Shown: positions 24,394 to 37,300 of the stretch, piece by piece | Position numbering within the stretch: the stretch's first letter is position 1 | Layout of the letters: each line of letters starts with the position of its first letter | Assembly: GCA_001724245.1 (NCBI GenBank) | Contig: MEDX01000009.1 | Span: 1 to 64,000, forward strand | Reading direction: 5' to 3' | From: Fonticula-like sp. SCN 57-25 | Lineage: Eukaryota | DNA length: 64,000 nt | Notes under the pieces: model-generated | Database searches by the model: none | What the model was told of the DNA's origin: nothing | What the model saw: only the letters and a program-made list of their open reading frames with translations | Translations under genes and position numbers: made by a program

Positions 24394-26050
24394 TTAAATG
24401 GGGGCGCGCTTCCACAATATGACGGCGCCGTGCTCGTCGCCCGACGCGAGCAGAGTCTCATTGTAGTTCCAGTCGGCGCAGATGACGGGCGCCGAGTGGC
24501 CGTGCAGCTGATTGAGCTGCGGCTTTTGCAGCTCCAAAATATTGTACAGCGTCACCGCCATGTCCTCCCCACCAGCAACTAGGATTCATATTAGCAAAAG
24601 GCATAATAAGACGCGTATCAATGTACCCATGCACGCGCCGCCCTCAAAGATTGTGTTGCTGATCATGCAGTGCACATTGCTCTTTTTGATCTTTGCCGAC
24701 AGTCGATTGAACACAACGATTTGCCGATCGGCCTGCACCCTAAACACGCACGCATGAGCAACAACAATTCAATACCAGCATCTCGTACTTTAAGAGGCGA
24801 ATGGCGCCGTCCTTGCTCGCCACGGCCAGCAGCGGCGCGGCGTTGCTCTGCATGCTCCACGCCGAGTGCGAGAGCCCCGTGATCGGCGACGCCGACACGA
24901 CGGCGCGCATGATGCGCTGCAGGCGGCCCGTGCTGGCGGCAAAAGTAACCACATGGACCTCGCCGCGGTCGCTGGCGATGAAGAGGAGGTGGCCGAGAGT
25001 GTCGAAGGCCATCGCCGTGGCCCCGCCGCTGATGCTGAGGCTCCCGGCGGCGCTCACGGCCTTGCCGGTCGACATATTGTACGCCTTGACCTCGCCCTTG
25101 CTCGTCCCGACCGCGTAAAAGTTGTTGTTGGCGGGGTGAAAGTGGCAGCAAAGCACCTCGGCGGCCTCCGTGACGGTGCGGATGCACGCGCCGGTCCGCG
25201 TGTTCCATAGGCGGTGCGTCCGGTCGAGCGAGGCACTCAAAAGGTACTCATTCGCCTGCGCAAAGCGCACATCTGATGCGGGAAAAAGGTCAGAAAAGGG
25301 GCAAAATAGCGCTTGGACGTGCCTGTCGCCCCCCGCTGGTGGCCCTTGAGCTCGTAGAGGATGTACACCTCGGGCTCGGTGCGCGCGAGCGTGATGACGC
25401 CGTCCATGCACGCAAAGGCGAGGAGCGTCTCGTCACTCGTACCAAACTGCAGAGCGGTGACTGCGGAAAAGACGGTCAGGAACCGGGGCAAATGGACAAG
25501 GGCACGAGCAGGACGTACTGGCCTGCTTGCGCTGATCAAAAATGTGGTGCATCCCCGAGAAAGTGTACGCCTCCTGCAGCGTCTTTGCAGTGTTTTGCCG
25601 CGCCGAATTGAACGTGCCTCGCCCGGATGCCGCCAGGTGGCCCTGCCCCGACGCAGCCTGCTGCTCTTCCTCCTCGCTGAAGCCGACGGCCGGACGCCTC
25701 GCCGGCGCCCCGCGCAACGAAGCCGCCGATGCCGATGCAGATGGCCTATCATCCCGCACATCCGCCGTTAGATTCACAGGCACAAAAAGGAGCGGCAGCA
25801 CTGCTGCTTTGGCGTACGGCGGCCGCTGGGGATACCTGGCATGAAGTAGGCTCTGGCGGACCTTGTTGTAGTTCAGGGGGAGATCGGATCTCGCCTGGTC
25901 GCTCTGGCGGCTCACGCTCCCCGTTGCAGCAGAGTACTTGTTGAAAAAGAGCTGGCGGCGGCGCGGCAGGTAGAATGACGGGCAGCCGCCCTGCCGCCGC
26001 GACGACAGAAAGTTGCCGTCGAGGCCCAGCAGGTCATCCAGCGCTCCCAT
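24394..26050 (-). CDS. WDR13: WD repeat protein 13
   Basis: YLPRRRQL, EAYTFSGMHHIFDQ, CCHFHPANNN, and C-terminal WD repeats ending GAVILWKRAPI*. Confidence 0.88.
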
Positions 26051-26372
26051 CGTGACAACACAAACACCGGTTTGACCACGTGGCCATCGCCTGATTTGTG
26101 GCCAAAATTTCCGTGCTCTGAATGGACCATACTGGTACTCGGAGGAAATGCCATAGGAATTAAACAATTGCTTATTATTTGCAAAGAAATGGAGGTGAAT
26201 GTCTTACATAATCTGTACTAAAACACAATACTACAGCATCATGAAACACGTATATGGAGCACGGTCGAGCAAAACATATAGAAAAACGATTGACCACTTT
26301 ATGGACTACTAAACTACGTACATGCCATATGTATAATGCACCGCCTTTTCCAAATTTCCCTGGCCGAGCCAG

Positions 26373-29300
26373 CTAGGCCAAGTTACTTCTTGATGAAGAT
26401 TGTGTGGCCGGCACGGCAAACCGCTCCCTCATGTCGTCCAGTTCGCTGATCGCGACCGCGAGGCACCTTCCCGCGTGCTGGTATACGGGGTCGCTGCTGG
26501 CCTCGAGCAGCGCGAGCAAGTCGCTCTTCTTGACCGACACGTGGTAGTAGAGCCGTGACAGCTCGAGGTCGACGTCGACGTTTGACTTTTTCGCGTACTC
26601 TGTGCGGTCCGTCGCGCCTGAATTCATCTGGTCGACGATGCGGCGCAGCGTGTCAAACTCCTTGCGCAAGTCGCTGATCTTGTCGCTCGCGTCGGCGTGC
26701 TGCTTGCGGACCTGGTCGCGGCCCTTCTTGTCCACGTGGGCGCTCTTCTGCGCCTTGCTGAGGTTCTCCATGCCCTCGATGATGCGCGTTTCCACCTTGA
26801 TGCGCTCCTCTACTTCGCGCAGCCGCTGCATGGTGCCTTCCAAATTGTTGGACAGCGCGTCAATAAATTGCTGTTGAATTGAATAAAAAGAAGCGTTAGA
26901 TTCACGCCACTTTTATCTGCGTTTGCGCGCACCATCATGGCGGGCTTTTTCTCCTCGATGAACGGGTTGAGGTCGATCATGTACGGCTCCTTTTGGCCAA
27001 ACTCGCACAGGCTCGCCACATTCTAGTCACCGGGTATTTAGCACAAAGGCCAATGGCATAGCAGAAGGCGGTACGCACCATGATGACCTTGGCCACGAGC
27101 GTCAGCGTGCGGCCCACGAGGACGTCCGGCAGCTCGTCGCGCAGGCCAAACAGCTTCGGGCCGAGGATCGCCGGGTTGAAGAACCGCAGAAAGATAAAGC
27201 CGCTGACGACTATGTAGCGGATGAGCGGCTCAGTGGGGAATCTGGGGCCAACTAGTGAGCTTTAATTTTCGGGGGCGGTCAGAGGTGCGCACTTGCGGAT
27301 GACCTCGGCCTGCATGTGCGCAAAGATGTCGCGGAGCGGCTGCGGGCAGCGGTCGAGCGACGTGAAAATAGAGTCCAGCGTGCGCTTGACATATGCTGCA
27401 AGCATCTATGGTCAAAACAAAGTGAAGCGGCATGGCACGTACTGAGGAGATTGCGGCGATTGGCCAGCACGTCCACCGAGCCGCGGCGCGTTGCCTCGAT
27501 CTTTGACATGTCCTGCTCGCACAGCTTGTGCTCTGTGTAAATATCGGCGATGATTTTTTTCAGGACGGACGCGAGGTAGTCGGACCCGATGAGGCGCATG
27601 TAATAGTCGATGGCCTTGCTGGCGAGCGAGTTGCCGCGAAATATATTGTTGGGGTCTTTGGTCGCGTTCACTTCCTCCGTAATGACCTGGCAAATGAAGC
27701 GCGTGGCAGAGCCCTGCGAGTGGAAAATGTTGACTGCGCTCCGCGAAAAGTCATTCAAGCGATCGGCATCGCTGATGGTCGCCAGCGACACGAGAATGGC
27801 CGTGCGGTCGTCCGACAGCTGCCGCGCGGGTGAGCAAAGCAATATAACAAAAAATGCGGCGTACAATATGGAGAAGGTTGTTGTAGGCGCCGTACGGAAG
27901 GAGGTACTCTTGCGTGTACTTGAATGAAAGGCGGATCGACCCCGCGGCGGTGCATTCATTACTGAGGAACGGCAGGCACGCCTCGTGGCTCACCAGGCCG
28001 CACGATTTGCACTAGACATGGCGGTTAGCGCCGGTAGACCTTTAACGAAAGCGCGTACGCGGCTGTACACGGCGCCCAGCTTGCTGCTGCATTGGTCGCA
28101 GTCGACAGAGTCCTCGAGAAGCTTGACCGACGAAAATTCGTGCGAGCTATTGCCGCTGCCCGGCTCGCTGAGCGACATGGCCTTGACAAGGGACGCCGGC
28201 GACCACTTTGACCGCGTCAGTTCGCCCTTGTCCAGCAGCCGCATCGAGCTCGTTGCGCGCTTGATCATGCGTGCGCCGTGCGCCAGCCTGCTGGACGCCG
28301 ACGGGGACGCGGATTCGTTGATCTTGCTGCTGAGCGCGTACCATTGCTCGGCGGAATCCGCTGCCTGGCTAATGATGACCAGCGGGATGCCGACGTGGCC
28401 AATAAACTCGGGCTCCTTGTTGCTCTTACGGGTCATCGCGTCCCATACGCCAATGTGAAGCCGCCCGTCGGCCACCTGCTGCGGCGTCACGGTAAAGTAA
28501 AAGGTCTCATTGAACGAGGGGCTGTTCGAGTCGGCGAGAACCCGCGTCTTTTGCTGCGTCGCACCCTCCTCATCGGGCAAGATATGCATCACCTGCATAA
28601 TTGCAATTAGAAATTGCTGTTAGATATAGCGTGTGCGCACCACAAAAGATTCACACGGCGAGGCTGCGTCGTCGTCGCTCAGATGGCCGAGATTGCGCGC
28701 CGAGAGCACGCGGACGGTGACGAGCACAGAGCTGGTCGGATCGGCGCCCGGCGTGACCGACAGCGCGAGCTGCACGGCGCCGCTCTATATCCCAGGTGAG
28801 CAAGGAAGGCAGTGATGCTGGTCAGGCGCGTACGCTTTCCTGCTCGACGCGGCGCGGCCGAAAGAGCGGCCACCAGTCCTCGTGCTTGAGCCCGTCCTTG
28901 GTGATGGTTTCCTTCCTGAGCGTCAGCTGAGCAAGGACGTCGTCCTTGAACATGGCCTTGACGGTGCCCTTGATGCACACGCTGATCGTCAGCTTTTCAA
29001 ATGTCACGGGGAGGTCCAGCGTAAAGTCCTCGTTCCAAAGGTTCTATGCCGAGCAGTGAGACGAGCGCGCGAGGCAAAGAGGGAAAGAAACGCACGAGTT
29101 TAGTGGACACTTTCTTGGTGCGCGCCACCTCCTCATTGTCCATCGCAATGATACAATACACGCTTTGCGATTCCCAGAGCTCCGAAAGGCCTGCACAACA
29201 CGTCAGTATGCCAACTCTAAAAAGGTGTAAAATGGCGCGCCTCCTTTCTGTTTCAAAAGATCCTTGACCTCTGACACTTTCAGGGCAATAAAGCGATTCT

Positions 29301-29788
29301 TGCGCACAATGTCTGACCACCGCGGCTTGAACAAGCTAGAGGTTGAGCTCAGAGCGCGCTCATCGTAGATGCCGTCGTCCACAAAGTCGCTCGACGAGCG
29401 AGCGCCCCCTGACTGGAGGCCCGAAAGGCTGTTGGAGCTAGCGGACTTTACCAAGTCGCCACCCGTAACAATGTTCAAGCGGCGCTTTACGCGCAAAAGT
29501 TGAGCCGCCGAGCTTCCCAACTCCTCCTTTAGGCTCTCGATCTCTTGCGTGCGTTCGCGCAGCTGCTCCTCGAGTGCGCTCACGCGATCCGCGTGCTCCG
29601 CTCTCTCGGTCTACGGCGCATTAGCATCAACAAAACCGTCGTGTGTCAAAAGTCAATCGCACCTCGAGCAGCGCCTCGGCTTTCAGCGCGCGGGTTGAAT
29701 ACTCTTCCAGGAGATCCTGCGTTGCGCGGCTCACCTTCTCGCCCACCGACGGGACCGCCGCCTTGTCGTCGGGCGTCCCGGGCTCCAT
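26373..29788 (-). CDS. Ras GTPase-activating protein: coiled coil-C2-C2(C1 insert)-RasGAP-HR1
   Basis: C2 motifs (VRVLSARNL, SPSFNETFYF), C1 domain (HEF..CDQC..CKSC..H..C..C), RasGAP (FRGNSLASK, FLRFFNPAILGP), and HR1-like RIKVETRIIEGMENL. Confidence 0.88.
29191..29240 (-). other. GC-AG intron in the RasGAP gene
   Basis: Minus strand GGAG|GCGCGC...CTGAC...TGCAG|GC. This junction keeps the C2 frame KDLLKQKG-GLSELWESQSVYC. Confidence 0.7.
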
Positions 29789-30047
29789 GAATCTCGCGGT
29801 TTTTTCTTAAGCCCTTATCTTCTCCTCTCTTTCGCGAATGGTTCTCGCACGGGGGCGCCTTGATTACAACGATGCGGCGCACCTGTCCCTGCCAAGTGCG
29901 AGATCTCCTTTTGTCTGCAGCAAAACCCCAAACAAAAAGTTGTTTCGTCCGTGATACTCGATAATCGAGTTGGCGTCAGCCAATCACGCCACTCCGATTC
30001 GATAGTTTCATCTGAGTTTCAGGGAGGCTTGGGCGAGCTGGACAACC

Positions 30048-30991
30048 ATGAGCGAGCGGCCAGCGGATCGGGTACGCAAGGACGCTTTTCTGCTGTGCGG
30101 CGGCTGACAGGGCGGCATCCGCTGCGTTCGGCGCGTAGTTACGAGAGGCTGTGCTAAACGGGGAAGTGATGCGGGTGGAAAAGCTGAGTCAGCGGCCACG
30201 GTACTCGCTCATCAATTACGACTCGGTGAATGGGTGGTCGTCGCTCCACTACGCCGCTCGCTTCAATTTAATAGAAATGGTCGACACGCTACTCGAGCTC
30301 GGGCACGATGACCGCGTCATTTCGCGCGATCTCGAGTCGAACACGCCAATGATGCTCGCCTGCCAATACGGCCACACAGAGGTGTTCATGCGCATCGCCA
30401 AAAAGTACCCCAACTCGCTCGACAGCAGAAACAAAAAGGGCTGGACGTGTCTCTTTTTCGCGGCGCGGTATTTGCGAACGGATATGCTAACAGTGCGAGG
30501 CTCCTGTGGTAAAGTATTGTTTCGCTGACATCATGATGGCCAGTATCTGTTGGAGGCGGGAGTCGACGTCAATCACAAGGACAAGTCAGGCAGCACAGCG
30601 CTTCACTACGCTTCGGCATATGGCTTCCAGCGGGTATGATAACTTTGTATCCCCCGCGCGGCATGTCTAACGCTGTGCAGGGTATTGAATTGCTGCTCGA
30701 AGCCGGCGCCAAACCCGCCGTACGAAACCTGGCTGGCTGGACGGCGGCCGACTGGGCGTACTCGGCCAAACTTTACGAAATTCTTACTAGTGGTACGTAT
30801 ACAAGACAAAAAAGACTCAACTCTTTCTGACATATTCAATTCGCGTAGGTTCTGCTAAGGCGGCGACCGCGGATTCACTGCCAACTGTAGTAGTGTCCGC
30901 CGAGGCAGCCAAAGACCAGTCATCTTCTTTGAAAACATCCAATTCAATTCTCGGGCGGCACCGGCGCGACTCTACGGCCCAGCGGCGCTAA
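30048..30991 (+). CDS. AVO2: Ankyrin repeat protein resembling the TORC2 subunit Avo2
   Basis: Spliced N-terminus PADRLREAVLNG...NYDSVNGWSSLHYAA...LLELGHD parallels yeast Avo2 PSVRLREAIIEG...NIDSENGWSSLHYAS...LIQLGHD (recalled). Confidence 0.7.
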
Positions 30992-31166
30992 TATATATGC
31001 TTGTACATTTCATTATTTATGCATGATTGTCATACCATACCCATACGCTCTCGTGCCGGGACTCATACCAGCTATGATGATTGGCTCGCGTCATATTCAT
31101 TGACCAATCCGGATCGATCACACACACACTGCGCGGCGGCCCTGGTTTGGTGTTGATCCAACAGCC

Positions 31167-33097
31167 ATGGCGGCCATGCGGGCAGGTGTGGCGCAGCTGC
31201 ACGACATGTTTCCGAACGAGGACGTTGGTCGGTTACAGTCTCTTTTACGGGAACACCACGGGCACGTCGGAATGGCGGTGGATGTTCTCTTGTCCGACGA
31301 GGCCGATCTGAAATTAGGATCCCTGCCTCAGCCTCATCCCCAGCACCTCGACGCCGACGATGGCGCCGAAGAAAAGGGCAGCGCCTCGGCGCTTGACATT
31401 ACGAGCCCGCTTGCGGACGACTTTTCCTCTTGCGCGTTTTATGTCGATCGCGATCGCGCCGCCTCTGTTAGGCAGGAGCGGCCGTCGTATGAAAGCAGCG
31501 AGTCGCTTTCGCGGACGTCGTCCTTTAGCGGCGTCGCGTCGAGAGACTCTTCTGATTCGGACAGCCAGGCGGGAGCCAGCGGTGCGTTGAGCGAGCGCAA
31601 GAGCGAGTCAAAGCGGAGCCGCACGCTGCGGTTCTTCCAAGAGACCTTTTCGCGGAAGCATCAGCCGATGGCGACCTTTCAGACGTCGGATGGCGGCGAG
31701 TCGTCGCTCAAGCGCACAGACACGGGCGCGCTACAGCAGTCAATTGACGCATCCGTGGACAAGGCCAAGCAGATAATAGGAAAGTCGTTTTCGTCGGAAG
31801 GAAAGAGCGCGGACGAGGAGTCGACGCGCCGGAAAGGGCGCAGCCGTCTCAACCTCGCGAGCATCATCCAGGCCAAGGTGTCCAAGGACCGCAACCGCTT
31901 TGTAAACGACCAGTTTGACCTGGACTTGACGTATATCACCCCGAGGATAATTGCCATGGCGTTCCCCGCCGAGGGCCTCGAGTCTGCATACCGCAACAGC
32001 CTTGCTGACGTGGCAGACCTCCTTGAGGTCGAGCACGGGAGAAACTACATGGTCTACAACCTGTCGGAGCGCAGCTACGACGTCTCAAAGTTGAATCACC
32101 AGGTTATCGAGATGGGCTGGCCGGACCACCAGTCGCCGCCGCTCAAGCTCCTCTTTATCCTCGTCATGTCCATCCACTCGTGGCTCATCGGCGACCCGGA
32201 GCACGTCGTGTGCATCCACTGCAAGGTACGCCTGCCCCCATTTTCATGGCTCTGTGCTCAATATGTATGATTTCGCAGGGAGGAAAGGGGCGCACCGGCA
32301 CCGTGATCTCGTCCTACTTTCTGTACAGCGGCCTGTGCAGTGACGTCAGCGAGGCCATTTCCATTTTTGGCGGGCGGCGCATGGCGGAGAAGCAGGGCGT
32401 AACACAGCCTTCCCAAATTAGGTATGATTACTCGATTGATATCCAGCATTTTATCTAATCATGTTGGCACGATGCAGGTACATTACATATTTCAATCAAA
32501 TTATCCGTCGGCAAATCAAGCTTCACACTAATCGCCTCGTGCTGTACCGCATCAACCTGAGTGGCGTTCCGTACCCCGAACGCAAGGGCGGCTGCAAGCT
32601 CTTTTTCCATGTCTTCCAAGGCGCGCACCTCGCTTTCCAAACAGCGAGCAGAAGCACCAAGGATGCCATTGCGTACGCTCTCTTTCGTGATACGTTGCTT
32701 TCTGCCTTGCTGACGGGGCCGCAGGGCATACACCGCCTCTGATGGGCAGCTCTCCTTTGCGACGGACGTGCTGCTAAAGGAGGACACGATGATAAAGTGT
32801 CACATGTACACGTCTTCCGGCGTGTCGCGCGTGTTCCGCTGCCAGTTCTTTGTGGGCTGCATCGACAGCCTCGTGCTGCGGTTCCGAAAGGCCGACCTTG
32901 ATGATGCGTGCCTCGACAAGCGCATTTCAAGCGATTTTTACGTCGACTTGATGTTTCGAATTGTGGACGACAGCGACGCTTCGCCGCCGTCGCACATTCT
33001 GCACAAGTACATCCCGGAAGAGTTCCAGGACGGCGAAACATGTTACTTTGCTGACACTGCCCGCAATAGCCGGTACATGCAGCAGACTTCGACGTAG
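31167..33097 (+). CDS. PTEN/TPTE-family lipid phosphatase with C2 domain and N-terminal CUE domain
   Basis: LHDMFP...AVDVLL (CUE), VSKDRNRF..DLDLTYITPRIIAMAFP, WPDH, spliced active site HCKGGKGRTG, GVTQPSQIRY. Confidence 0.9.
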
Positions 33098-33177
33098 CAA
33101 GTTATTGAGAACCATTTGTTGTTTCATATCATCCAATGCATAATATAATACTTTCTTATTTAGCACTGATGCGAGCA

Positions 33178-34121
33178 TTACAATTCAGCATGCTCAGTGG
33201 ACGAAGCGGTGCAATGCTTGTCAAAGATGGCGGCCGCTTCGCGCCAGTTGACGACGGACCACCATTCAGAGATGTACGAGCGGCGGTCGCTTTGGTACCT
33301 ACAACGCGCATAAGTATACTTTTTCCCACGACAAAAATTCGCACTTCAAGTAGTAGGCGTGCTCCCACACGTCGAGGCCGATGATCGGGATCAGGCCAAG
33401 CATGTACGGCGACTCTTGATTCTGCGTAGAACGCAAGCCAATAGCGCGCTAAAACAAGCGAAAAGCATACTACTGTGAGCATATCTCCTTGAAAAGACGG
33501 TAAAGAGAGCGCACCGTCGCGGGGTCGCAAACGAGCCACGCCCACCCGCTGCCGAAAACACTGAGGGCCTGCGTTTCAAACTGCTGCTTGAAGAGCTCAA
33601 ACTTGGCGTACTTTTCCTTGATGGCGAGCATGAGGTTGTCCGTGGTGGTCAACCCCAAGCCTTCAGGCGTCATGATATTCCAGAAAAAGTTGTGGTTCAC
33701 GTAGCCACCCGCTGTTACATTCAGGTCAGTGGAATGTAGCATAAACAAACGCATGCATACCAGCATTGATCCACCGCATACGGTACTTTTGGGGAATCAA
33801 ATCGTACACCTTGACCATCACGTCCTCAAGGTCCATGTCGGCCACAGCGTCCAGCCCGTCCTCGCGCATCTCCTTCAGCACGGCGTTGAGGTTGTTCGTG
33901 TAAGTCTGGTGGTGCTTTTGATGGTGGACGCGCATCGTCTGCTCGTCAATGTGCGGCTCAAGCGCATCATAGGCATACGGCTATGATCACGTACGTTAGA
34001 AACGACGCTCTACAGGCCTGCAACGCACCAACGGAAGAAGCGCATAGTCGGCCTTGGCCGCACCGACCGCCGCAGCCGCGGAGGCCGCCAGGAGCAGGGT
34101 GACGACAGCACCGCGCATCAT
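33178..34121 (-). CDS. Mn-type superoxide dismutase with N-terminal signal peptide and C-terminal HAEL
   Basis: [48 protein letters not shown]. Five exons. Ends STEHAEL*. Confidence 0.93.
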
Positions 34122-34329
34122 GATGCAAACTGCAAACTGTCACCAATCAGGCGGCGTCATTTGGTGCCAGGGCGCGCGATCTGGCGGGAAGGCATTGCTG
34201 CAGCGTCACGCCTTTTGCCGGCGTCTGCGTGACAGCGGCTCCTACGATCTAATTTATTGTTAAGTATTGATACTATTCTTGCCGCTTTCGCTTGATCGGT
34301 GTGCCGAGAGTTTGTAGAGACGGAGGAGG

Positions 34330-37300
34330 ATGTTGGAGGCCGTCGTTGCCGAGGTGCTCAACCGGTTTGTGGGCACGTACGTGCACAACATCCAGACCGA
34401 GCAGCTCAAAGTGGCCGTATGGTCGGGCAATGTCAACCTGAGCAACCTTGAGGTGCGGCCTGACGCGCTGCGCCACCTGGATCTTCCAATTACCGTCGTG
34501 AAGGGTGCGTGTCTCTAGCGTTGATCGCGCGGCAACTCACGCTTGCGCCACTAGGCGTCGTCTCCAACTTGACACTCACGGTCCCTTGGGCAAACTTGAA
34601 AAGCAAACCCATTGTGCTTGTGCTTGATGGCATTCATATCCTTGCGCGTCCCACGAAAGACGCGCAGGACGCTGCCGAGGAGAGTGCGCGTCGGACAGCT
34701 GCCAAGCAGCAGCGCGTACGCGACATGGAGCGCTTTCTGAGCGAGTCTGCATCGGCCTCGTCGGCCTCAAAAACAGACACCTTGGATACGCCCCTCGTGG
34801 GTAAGCTGGTGGAGAATATTCAGGTAATATTCACTAATATTCACATCCGGATGGAGGACTCGACCTCTGTTGCCCGGCATGACGTCGCGCTCGGCTTTAC
34901 CGTGCAGAGGCTTTCTGCCGAGTCGGCGAACGAGCAGTGGGTTCCGGTCTTTTCCTCGGCATCCGATGGCATTGTGCGCAAGCTGGCGAGCCTGGAGCAC
35001 CTGTCGGCCTACGTGGGGTACGGCATGCCGCAGGTGGACGTCACCCAGTCCAACGCCGCCTTTGTTGCCGAGATGCAGCGGCTGGTGAAGGACCTCGACG
35101 ATGGCTATGAGCGCCTCATTCAGCCCGTGAACGGATCCGCAAAGATGACGTTTCACCGCACGTGCCGCGACGCCAATGTCCCGCGGCGGATGTTTGAGCT
35201 GGCATTTGAGCACGTCAGCCTCAACATTGGCGACGATCACATCTCTACCTTTGAATCAATGGCCGTGGCCTTTCGCTTGTTCCAGCGCAGGCAGATATTC
35301 CGCCACAATCGGCCAAAGAATCCGATCAAGGGACACGCCTCGGAATGGTGGCGGTTCCTCCGCGAATGGTACGCGATCTCGCGCCCGATTGCTAGAATGC
35401 TGACGTCTGCGCTAGCATTGTTGGTCGCATACATCAGAGGGAGCTGCAATGGACCTGGCAGAGCCTCAAGAAGCACGGGAAAGCCCGCCGCGAGTACATG
35501 ACGCTCTATCGCACGTACAAGGAGGCCAAGGACGCGCCCGCCAAGGCGGCGGCCAAGTCGAAATGCGAGGCTGCCGAAGAGTCGCTCACTTTCGAGTCCA
35601 TCCGAAACTTTCGCTACGTGGTCGACAAGCGCATGGCCGCCGAGTTGGCCGCGACGCAAGCGGCGATTGCGGCATCTCCGAGCACAGGTGCGCTGCAGAG
35701 CCCGTCAAAGGCCGCCGTCGCCGCCGGCTGGGTGTCGTCGCTGCGCGCCTGGGGCCGCGGGGCGCCGACCGCCGCGATGACGCTGAACAAGGAGGATGTG
35801 GACCGCCTCTACGACCTGCTTGACGACCAGACTAGCGCCGACGACAGTAGCCTACCCGAGGATGACGTGCGTTTTCTCATTGGCTGGGCGAGTACTGACG
35901 CGCCCAATAGAAATTTGAATCGTTGCGTATATCGTTCAAGCTGGGCCTCTTTTCGCTTCAGCTTGCGGGCTCGGGCGGCGACCCGCTCGCCACCCTGGTG
36001 GCCGAGTCGTTCATGCTAGAGATGAAGCAGTTTCCAAACACGGGCGGCGTGCGGGTCTCGGGTGCATTGCAGCGCATCCTGCTCTTGGACCCTCTGCCCA
36101 CGCACCGCTCCTCCTTTACCAAGGAGATCGTCCGAGGAGAAAGCGCAAAGGATTCGGTACATTTCCTCCTTTTTTGCTTGGTGTTTGGCTAACGTGGTAC
36201 AACAGAATCTGCTCCAGTTTGTGTTTGCGTCCAAGCCGACCGACGTGGACGCCGACGTGCAGGTTGATTTGACGCTTCGCGCGGTGCAGATCGTTTACGA
36301 CCATCGGTTCATGGCGGCAATCGTGCGCCTCGAGCACGCTGTTTCATTTTTTTCTAACGTTTTCCTCCTTTAGGGTCGCTTTGTCGAGAGGCGATCGCGA
36401 TCTTTCCGCTCAAATCTCCAAGCGCTCACGCTAGACAAGCTTGACGACATTCGCAAGCAGACCACGGCGCGTATTCAGCTGGCCATCTCGGAGCGCCTGC
36501 CAGTCCGCGTGTACATTTCGGTGGAGCCCTCGGTGCTGTTCATCATGAGCGACTCTTTTGACGAAGCCGCGTCCGCCATTGAGCTGCGCCTGGGCCACAT
36601 CATGCTTTGCTCGACGGCCACGACGAGTGCGGCACAGTTCGCCACCGATTCAGCCCTTTTTAACTCATTTTCTTTTAGATATCGCAGAGAATGTTGCGGC
36701 CGTTGTTGGCCCGGATGCCGCCTGCTTTGCCGGGTCGCTTGACAAGACCACGTGCCGATTTGTAACGACGGCGGACATTTCAAAGTCGAGCCCCGACGAG
36801 GCGGCATTCAAGCTGCTTTCCACCGAGCCATCAGCTGTGCGGTTGTGGTTCCCCGCCGACACCGATTCGGCTCCTGAATCGGTTCCTCACCTGTACTCTG
36901 AGGTTGATTTCGGGGACATGGCCGTCAATCTATCGCGGCAGCATCTCGGCATATTACTTCATGTGCTGGACGTTGCATTCCCCGACGCCGACCAAGTGCG
37001 GCCGGCAATCGACAGCGCAAACGACTATGACTTGGACGTCTCTGTGCTCGATGACTTGTCCAGCAGCGAAGGCTTTGTAGACGGCGAGGCGGCGGACGCC
37101 ACAGCTGTTTCTGAAGTTCATCCTGAATCGGCGTCCTCGCTTCAGCTGCGCAACCAAGATCGCCCGTCGCTCATCCTGGTGTGCCTACTGCAGCGCCTCG
37201 AGCTTCATTTCTATCGCGACGCCGTTGCGGATCCGTTTGTGACGCTCATCCTCACGTCGGGGCTCGCGCGCGCACGCATGGCCCCTCTCGGCTGGACGGT

